This document shows positions 39,231 to 48,870 of a DNA stretch of 64,000 nt, piece by piece. The notes below the pieces were generated by a model. The model did no database searches. It was given only the letters and a program-made list of their open reading frames with translations, and had not been told where the DNA came from. Numbering within the stretch: the stretch's first letter is position 1; the number at the start of each line of letters is the position of its first letter. A program made the position numbers and the translations under genes. Origin of the DNA: Octopus sinensis (Eukaryota); assembly GCF_006345805.1 (NCBI RefSeq), contig NC_043002.1, positions 118,854,001-118,918,000 of the forward strand, in the 5' to 3' direction.

Positions 39231-39981
39231 GGAACACGAAGAAATAAACAGAGAAAGGATTAAAAATAACTTGTGAATTTAGTGGTCAATCAATATGAGT
39301 TAGATATCACCTATTAGGAGATTAAGTATTTAAAAGTTATTGATAGATGTGAGATATTTAAAGATTGTTTTAAATATTGAGAAGAAACATCAGAAGGTGA
39401 GGAATCTAATTGTTGGTCTGCATTAGCAAGACATATTCAGAGAATAACATATGGTAAAGAAATGATCAAAATTGCTATTAAGTCAGAAAGAGGAATCAAT
39501 GTTTCATGCAAAGCTCATTATCAAGTTTGAAATGACAAAATTGTGGGAACCTAAGTGTAGTAGTTAAAAATTCAAGTCAATTATTGATAGATACATGCAA
39601 GTATAAGTTAGTTTAGCTATTAGTCAATGTAAGCATGCTACTTGTAATTTATTTTAGCCATAGGTATGATAATGCAGGTGGGATATTTACAAATTACCCC
39701 AGTTATTGACCCATGTGAATATGTATTTGTGGTATTTACAAATGAGTTAGCTACCAATAAATAATTGACTACTAACTATCATTATGTTAACAATATCAAA
39801 TAGACTCTAAGATGTTGACTTCATGCTTCAATGAGAACATGCTGGTTTGTGTTTAGCTATTGATATTTGACTTTATTGGCTATTAAATGTCTTAACAATG
39901 TGGGCTGTGCTTCAAGTTAAGGTATAAAAATCTCTAATTTGTACACTCTCTTCCACAACAAAATAAAAAATAATAATAACT

Positions 39982-40398
39982 TGTAACAGGATCTAGATCC
40001 GGTATCACTGGAGGGGTGTCCGATCTGACCCCGTCACATTCAATTTTAGTTAAAATAACAGACAAGTCAGGCAATCTACGAACACAGCAAAAATGTTGTT
40101 TATTTCTCGTCGTAATGTAGAACTGGTGTACGCGTTCTCTGGAGGGAAACCGACAGCCGAATCTGTAGTACTGATTCTTGTTTGTTGGTCGAAATGATTC
40201 GTTGTGGTTTGCTGCTTGGTTGGTATGAAGTCCTCAGAGACTGCCAGTACACGTCCGTTCACGAGGGCTGCTAGGGCCAGAGAGGCTGAGTGAGTGGACC
40301 GCGTTTTAAGGGTCAGTTTCCCGCACATGCGCATGGGGAAGACTTCCAGTGGCCAACCGGAAGTAATCCCATTCTGCGCATGTGCGCTGAACCTTACA
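39982..40398 (-). mobile_element. Solo LTR-like element, 417 bp
   Basis: TGTAA...TTACA termini; GC-rich upstream part, TTAAAA box and AATAAA in the expected order on minus; no TSD, PBS or PPT seen. Confidence 0.65.
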
Positions 40399-40814
40399 CA
40401 GCAGCATCACTACAAACTCATGTCACTATATAATATTAATTGGTGAAAATCAATTACCTGGGCCCAGAAGCTTGCAATGACATTCAGAATTACAAAATTG
40501 TCTGACCTTTACTGGCATGAAAAAACAAAATAAATGGAGGAGTTTTGCTGAAACTTGAGAGTGTTATGTTTCTTATTTGCTTAATACGATTGAACCTAGA
40601 GCTGAACAACTATTTTAAGAACTTCTGTGAATTCTGAAGACACTATATGAGGAAGTTATAAGTGTTATTTCTAGCACAACGTAGAGGCTCCTTTGTTGGC
40701 ATGCAATGTGTGTTACAATAATAGTAATGTTGGTATACCTTTTATGCAATAATAAGATTTTAGAATTCCTTCTGATGTCTTGCAAACAACTTGCACATGC
40801 AAGTGCTACCAGTT

Positions 40815-41200
40815 AAAAGCTCCGTATACCGGAAGCTAGCAAGTGTATGGGGTCATCAGGAGAGAATGCGCGCCATTTCGGGGCCTACCTCTCGACGGCA
40901 TCAATGCACACCGGCCCCCCCCTCACTGATATGAGGCCCCGCTTGCTAGATCAGCTGGTTATGAAGTTAAACTCAATATACTTCTAGCCATCGCTTATCG
41001 TCTCTTTTTAACCAAATCCAGTGGCTAAGCCTTCTCCACTGTAGATTGGATATCAGTCATGGTGGTATTGACTTTACGATGAGTTAAGCCTATCGATAAC
41101 AACAGTCGTCTCACGCTGTGTCTAACAAACCCTCTACATCCGACTTCGATAGGAAAATATTCCGCTTTCCAGCCTGCGTCTTCACTTATTAGGCAAGCTT
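40815..41200 (-). mobile_element. HERO-like (restriction-like endonuclease) non-LTR retrotransposon 3' end
   Basis: AGWKAEYFPIEVGCRGFV...VEKA-(+1 nt)-SHWIWLKRDD...* (stop 40973-40975) followed by a GC-rich 3' UTR. Confidence 0.75.
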
Positions 41201-41957
41201 ACACAAAAACTGTTCAGATCAATGCAGATTTCATTCAACTTGGAGAAAGCATGGTGAAAAGGGAATTCCAAAAGTTTCCAGAAAAGATGAACCATAACAG
41301 TTTATGTAAAGCCTGGTGTTATGAGTACAGAAGTAGTGACAAGGAAGCGATGAGGAAAAAGAGGGTTTGTAAGTGGTATGCAGTTAGTTAGTTACAAGGG
41401 GTGTATCTCATTATAGAATTGGTAGAATAAGCAATGAAAGGAGACATTTGTAAGACCAAGGAGTGTATGTTGGTGAGTGGGTCTTCGCTAATAAGTGGAA
41501 TTACCTTGTGGTCTTGAGTATTGTGGTCAGGAATAGTATGCCATTGTGTATCTTACTACGACTTTGCAGGAGGTCAGTAATTTATCACATTTGAAGTGTT
41601 TTTGACCTTGAAGAGGAAAGACAATAATTGAGACATGTGTCTGTACTTTACATTGTTTTCACTCAACATGTAGTAAATGTTTGCAACTGTGTAACTATTG
41701 CTCCTCCTGCTTTTGGTGGTGGCAAGGAAAGATTAGAAATTAAATGGCCTAGCATTTCTAGTGATTTGAACAGTTTTAGCTAAGTACGGTTGCTCATGTT
41801 ACTTCACAAAATTACATTTGTTATTGTAGTTGTGCCACCTGGAAATATGTGTGTGTTTGTACATGTTCATATATATATATATACTGGAGTAAACACATAA
41901 ATGTGAAACAAGGTGGGAAAAAGAGTACTCAAATACCAGTGGTAGAGTAATATGCTT

Positions 41958-42117
41958 TATTTAAAGCAGCAGAAAATTCAAGAAAACCTGTTACTCTGAG
42001 TTTCCCGTTGCCGTTCATCGGACAATTTTTGCTAGAATTTAGCTAAAAACTGTCCGATGAACAGCAACGGGAAACTCAGAGTAACAGGTTTTGTTGAATT
42101 TTATGCTGCTTTAAATA
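41958..42117. repeat. Imperfect fold-back of about 160 bp between (TA)n tracts
   Basis: Arms of about 77 bp around the loop gcta-GAATT-tagc, a few mismatches. Confidence 0.9.
42050..42087 (+). ncRNA. Minimal type I hammerhead-like motif (variant core CCGAUGA)
   Basis: ctgt-CCGATGA-acagcaacgg-GAAAC-tcaga-GTA|acag; stem I ctgt/acag, near-palindromic stem III ACTC-A-GAGT; stem II degenerate. Confidence 0.6.
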
Positions 42118-42120
42118 TAG

Positions 42121-42153
<33 letters not shown>

Positions 42154-44617
42154 TATATATATATACAAGCATAGCTGTGTAGTTAAAAAACTTTGCATGA
42201 CAACCTCTTAGTTGTCATGCATATCTTGGCCTCAATCACCTTTCACTCATTGGGCAATGACCTGTGCTTGTGAAGACCTGTTGAGTCAAGTAAAGTCATA
42301 GTTGTGACCGATGCCAGTACTGTCTTACTATGTATATATATATATATATATATATTCACATGATGTCCAACCCATGCTAATATTGGAAAACATGTAGCTG
42401 TGTGGTAAGAAGCTTGCTTCCTAACCACATGGTTCTGGGTTCACTCTCACTGCATGGCATCTTGGGCAAGTGTCTTCTACTATAGCCTTGGGCAACCAAA
42501 GCCTTGTGAACGGATTTGGTAAACAGAAACTGAAAGAATCCCTCATGTGTGTATCCTTGTGTCTGTCCCTGACCACCAGTGTTGGTTTATATCTCTGTAG
42601 CTTAGCAGTTCTGCAAAAGAGACCGATAGAATAAGTACCAGGTTTAAAAGAAAATAGGTACTGGGGTCGATTCATTCAGCTACAAATTCTTCAAAGCAGT
42701 GCCCCAACATGGCTGCAATCTAATGACTGAAACAAGTAAAAGATGAAAGATAAAGTTGTTTTACTCGGCTAAGTGTACCTTGTGTCTAAGCATGTTCTTG
42801 TGCTTGAGCTTGTCTCATTTCCCATAGTAATGAGCAGATGAAAAACACACCTTCTCAGGTAGATTTGTAGTTGGATGACAAGGCTCCTGTCATGTAGTAG
42901 ATTTTGTTTTCCTCACAGAGAAATAATCTTGACAGAATTCAAGCTTCACAGTATAAACAAGCCAACTTCTTGAGGAGCAAACACCCAAATATTCAGATTT
43001 AGCACACCTATGTTAATTGAGACTGGATGTGCGGGTGGCACGTAAAAAGCACCCACTACACTCGCGGAGTGGTTGGCATTAGGAAGGGCATCCAGCCGTA
43101 GAAACACTGCCAGATCAGACTGGGCCTGATGCAGCCTTCTGGCTTCACAGACCCCACTTGAACCGTCCAACCCATGCTAGCATGGAAAACGGACGCTAAA
43201 TGATGATGATGATGATGATGCTATCAACTTGTAATGTCTGCATGAACAGACAACTTAGTCAATTAACAAAAGATTTTTTTTATATATATGTATTCTCTAA
43301 ATTTTGGCTTAAAATTGGTTTTATGCGTTTGACTAGTGATGGCGCCAATTATCTACAAATCTTTTTAATGTTATCCTAATGATTTTGACTGGCAATTAGT
43401 CCACAAGTTTACAAATATAAGGTTGACTGGTTGGGATATATTTAAGTATGAATGGGTTAAATTTGCCTGATCTTACTAACTTTATATATTTTGGCTACAG
43501 TCATGCTCTGGTAAATAACCAGTACAAAAGAAGTTTTGATTTCATTGAGTATGGATATGCAGGAGAGATTAAGCATGTCTGTGTAATCCATTATGTAAAA
43601 TTCTAAAGCCAATTCTTACACGAAAACTTCATGGTGGTCTAAGTAGCAACAAGGAGAGGACTAAAAAATGTTTAAACTCTTTTATCAATGACAAAACTGT
43701 TATATAACTCTATGGAACAGCATATCTCTTTGTGTGTGGTGCATATATGTGTATATATATATATATATATATTTACATATGTGTGTAGGTGTGGCATGTG
43801 GTGTGTCTCTAATGTGAATATACATTATGTAATATATATATAATATATATGAGGCGCAGGAGTGGCTATGTGGTAAGTAGCTTGCTTACCAACCACATGG
43901 TTCCGGGTTCAGTCCCACTGCGTGGCACCTTGGGCAAGTGTCTTCTGCTATAGCTCCAGGCATTGTGTTGTTCATGAGCAAAGCATTTCATTTTACATTG
44001 TTCTGCAATCATTTCGTCATCTGACATGTGGCACCCAGTTGCACCTGTACAGGTAATGTTGATTTGATGGAGGGAGTGAGCTTATGTGAAGACAAAAGTT
44101 TGATCACTATAAACAAATCATCTGCTGTGTGGTTGTTCAGCAAGAAATTGCCAGACCTTCATGCATCGTCTAACAACAGGAGAGTCCATGATATATACTC
44201 TCTTTTACTTGTTTCAGTCATTTGACTGCGGCCATGCTGGAGCACCGCCTTTAGTCGAGCGAATCGACCCCGGGACTTATTCTTTGTAAGCCCAGTACTT
44301 ATTCTATCGGTTGTCAAGCAATGCTAGGGGGACAAACACAGACACACAAACACACACATACATATATATATATATACGACAGGCTTCTTTCAGTTTCCGT
44401 CTACCAAATCCACTCACAAGGCTTTGGTCAGCCCGAGGCTATAGCAGAAGACACTTGCCCAAGATGCCACGCAGTGGGACTGAACCCGGAACCGTGTGGT
44501 TGGTAAGCAAGCTACTTACCACACAGCCACTCCTGCGCCTATATAAAATAAAGAGTAAAAGGGTCAAAAGGAAGAGTATGTATATATGACTTGTTTTTTT
44601 TTATCTTTCTGTTTTAG

Positions 44618-44797
44618 GTGTCCAACTTTTCTCTGATGCTGGTAACCATGCTTCCATGATACAGGGTATCATCAATAGTAGAGCACCAAAGCATATTTTC
44701 AACCATAATGATCCTCTCCATCTTGAACAATTACTCAGGAAGGCTGATCCAGGCATTCCCAAAATTGTGGCCTTCGAGACTGTACATTCAATGAGTG
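44618..44797 (+). CDS. ALAS: ALAS coding exon 6
   Basis: [18 protein letters not shown]...HND...[11 protein letters not shown]; ttttag acceptor, g|gtaagc donor; 180 nt, phase 1-1. Confidence 0.97.
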
Positions 44798-46850
44798 GTA
44801 AGCTTTTTTTTGTTTCCCTTTTTTTCTCATTTCTCTTTATTAAGAAACAGTTATTGTGAACTTACATTATTTCAGAACTGATCACATGTGAACTCACTCT
44901 TCATCTACCCATGTTTTTCCTGCAGTCGTTCAAACCCTAGTATCACTGAATCAATCTGACCAGTCTTCAAGGTCATAGTCTAAGGTTAAGGCCACTTCCT
45001 TTGACTTATACATCAAAAATTTCTTCTTATTCTATAAAAACTTTCCATAACTAAGCAACAATTGAGCTCCTACATATTAGAAACAGCAGCCAAATCTCAG
45101 TTGCACCTCATCATCTTAAAAGGAAACACACCTCAGAAAAGATAATTCTAGATACCATCTCCCCAAAAATGGGATGGTTTAACTGCTGGAATGCTTTTGA
45201 CCATAGGTTTGCTCAATTGAGGTTAACCAACTACTACTTTGTTTTTACACTAACTTCTGACCCCCTGGGTACTTTTAGTAGAGTATACTCTGTTGTAAGT
45301 TTGCTAAAAAATATTTATTAGCAACAGAATCAGTATCAGTACCAAGAAGTAATATTCATCCACACTTAAACATGGATGTTCTGTTAGAATAAACTATAGG
45401 TGCAGGAGTGGCTGTGTGGTAAGTAGCTTGCTAACTAACCACACGGTTCCGGGTTCAGTCCCACTGCGTGGCATCTTGGGCAAGTGTCTTCTGCTATAGC
45501 CCCGGGCCAACCAATGCCTTGTGAGTGGATTTGGTAGACAGAAACTGAAAGAAGCCTGTCGTATATATGTATATATATGTATATATATGTGTGTGTGTCT
45601 GTTCCCCTAGCATTGCTTGACAACCGAGAAAAAGAATAATAATAGGGCGGTGCTCCAGCATGGCCACAGTCAAATGACTGAAACAAGTAAAAGAGTATAG
45701 TGCAGGAGATAAACTCCTCACTGGCACATTTAAACAGGAGTGCATTTTGCAGCAGAAGGCTGAGGTGAGAGTTTCTCTCGTGGTAACTACTACAGTACAC
45801 TTTGTCTTTAATGGACTGTTGTCCTACTGCAAGACATGAGTTCTGTTTTATTCCTGTCTTCAGCTACCAATCTTGATGGAATGGGTCAACTGAGTGCCAT
45901 AGACTTAACACAGACAGAGAAACAGACAGACAATCAGAACTATTAAAATTTATTGAAATGATAAATGAAAGAGATAGAATATGGAGTTGTCTCATATTTA
46001 CATGCCATGCATACAAAGAAAAGATTATTATTATTGACAAAAGATTTATTTTAAATATCACAAAATGAAGCTTTCAACTTTTCAGTTAGTAATTATGAAT
46101 GTCTGTTTTTATTTGCTCCTGCTATAGTTCATGCCAATAAATAAAAATCGTTTAGTTCTTATCATCATCATCATCATCATCATCGTTTAACGTCCGTTCT
46201 CCATGCTAGCATGGGTTGGATGGTTCAACTGGGGTCTGTGAAGCCAGAAGGCTGCATCAGGCCCAGTCTGATCTGGCAGTGTTTCTACAGCTGGATGCCC
46301 TTCCTAACGCCAACCACTCCTTGAGTGTAGTGGGTGCTTTTTACGTGCCACCCGCACAGGTGCCAGACGGAGCTGGCAACGGCCACAGTCGAATTAGTGC
46401 ATTTTACGTGCCACCGGCACGGAAGCCAGTCGAGGCGGCACTGGCATTGGCCACGATTCGGATGGTGCTTTTTACGTGCCACCGGCATGGAAGCCAGTCG
46501 AGGCGGCGCTGGCATCGGCCACGATTCTTATGTAGAAGAAAAACAAAATATTTTCTGTGCAAAAGTGTCTCATACCAAATGGGTTTTGTGCAGAATCAAC
46601 AGTGCCTTACTCATTTGAAACAGTATTCAAAATCCAAATTGCTGACTTTGTAGAGTGTAACTAGGATTCAAACTTTCTCATTTATACCCACAAAGTAATG
46701 AATTATGTCTACAAGTTCAGAATGAGAAGAGAGCAGCCATCCAAATAACAAGTCAACAGTTATTCAATACAATACAAAAACTAAATTGCATTAAGAAGGA
46801 ACTTTATATTTCATTTTATACAATGTTGTCTTATTTTATTTCTACATCAG

Positions 46851-47015
46851 GTGCTGTGTGTCCTCTTGAGGAACTCTGTGATATTGCCCATAAATATGGA
46901 GCATTGACATTTGTGGATGAAGTCCATGCAGTTGGTCTTTATGGAGAGAATGGAGCTGGCATTGGTGAAAGAGATGGAGTCATGCATAAAATGGATTTAA
47001 TCACTGGGACTTTAG
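46851..47015 (+). CDS. ALAS: ALAS coding exon 7
   Basis: [32 protein letters not shown]...DLITGTL; catcag acceptor, g|gtaatt donor; 165 nt, phase 1-1. Confidence 0.97.
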
Positions 47016-48596
47016 GTAATTCTTCAAAACAAAATAGTTTTACCACTAGAGTGCATTCATCAGGATGTTGTCCTCTGGTTTTGTGCTTTTATTCATGCAT
47101 TGTTGAGCTTATGTTAAATAATTCTGTAGTAGATAATAATGTGTGGCTGTGTAGAAAGAAGTTTGCTTCCCAGCCACAGAGTTACGGATTCGGTTCCACT
47201 GTGTGGCACATTGGCTAAGTTTCTTCTACTACAGCCCCAGGCCAACCAAAGTTTTGTAAGTTGATTTTGTAGATAAAAACTAACTAAAAGAAGCCCATTG
47301 CGTATGTATGTGTATGTGTGTGTGTGTGGTAACTGGTATTAATTTATTTGTGTGTAACTTAGCAGTACAGCAAATAGAATAAGTATCAGACTTTAAAACA
47401 TAAGTACTGGATGTTGGTTTATTTGACCAAAACCTTTTAAGACAGTGCTCCAGTATGGCCACAGTCCAATGATTGAAACAAAAGATAAAAGATTGTCAAC
47501 ACAACAATCAGTAAACTCAATGTAAAACTCTCACAATTTTCTTAAAAGCACAGCCATGACTGTAAAGCTAAGAAGTTTACTCCACAAGCAAGTATTTCTA
47601 GGTTCCTTCTCACTGAATGATACTTCATGTAAAACTTTATTACCTTAGCTTCAAGTCAACAAAGTCTTGGGAAATTGGTAGAAGATAACTGCGGAAACCC
47701 CTCAGAATATATATACAAGCACAGGCGTGGCTGTGTGGTAAGAAGCCTGCTTCCCAACCACATGGTTCCAGATTCAGTCCCTCGGTGTGGAACCTTGGGC
47801 CAGTGTCTTCTACAATAGCCTCAGGCCGACCAAAGCCATGTGAGTGAATTTGGTAGATAGAAACTGAAAGTAGCCTGTCGTATATATGTATATATATATA
47901 TATATATATATACACTCACGGAGTGGTTGGCGTTAGGAAGGGCATCCAGCTGTAGAAACATTGCCAGATTAGACTGGAGCCTGGTGCAGCCTTCTGGCTT
48001 CCCAGAACCCCGGTCGAACCGTCCAACCCATGCTAGCATGGAGAACGGATGTTAAACGACGATGATGATGATGATGATACACACACATATATATATACAC
48101 ACACATATGTGTGTGTGTCTGCCCCACCCCACACCATCACTAGACAACCGATGTTGGTGTGTTTATGTCCCCATAACTTAGCAGTTCAGCAAAAGAAACC
48201 AATAGAATAAGTACTAGGCTTATAAAGAACAAGTCCTTGAGTTAATTTCCTCAACTAAAAGACCCTTAAAGGCAGTGCTCCAGCATGGCCACAGTCAAAT
48301 GACTGAAACAAGTAAAAGAAATAGTAAAAGGATAGTGGGGTCGTATATTGATGGAGGATAACGGAATCAATGTGATATAGGATTCCAATATTTCATGTCC
48401 AAATAGAGGCCTTTTTTTGGGGGGGTCTTGGTAAATTAAGTACTAATGTACTAAATTTAATATAACTGATTAAATTCTTTGAAAACAAAAATCCATCATA
48501 GCTGCTATCCAGTGACTGAAACTGGTAAAAGAATATTGACAGAGAAACACTTTAAGTATTAAACGACATTTTATCTTATTTAATTTTTAAGTAAAA

Positions 48597-48870
48597 TAAA
48601 ATAATAATAATAATAATAATAATAATGAAATTATTGTATACAGTGCTCAGGTGCACCACAACTTGTCAGAGTACATGCAGTAATGTACAAATGTCTGGAA
48701 AGCAAACAATGCATGAGTCAGATACATGCTTGTGTATATATGGAGGGGAGAAAATCAGGTGTAGTGTTGGCGAATCTCAGAAAGCATGGAAGTTTTGAAG
48801 GATGCAGTGCTCCGACAACTAACAACTGATGCCGGCAGTTTGTTCCATGCTTCAGCAACTCTCAGCATGT
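48597..48870 (-). mobile_element. CR1-like LINE 3' end
   Basis: LRVAEAWNKLPASVVSCRSTASFKTSM...* with an (ATT)n tail. Confidence 0.65.

Noticed and set aside
40835-40900. Hammerhead in the HERO-like 3' UTR (GAAA...CTGATGA on minus)
   Set aside because: Stems II, III and I cannot be formed around the motifs in any topology I tried.
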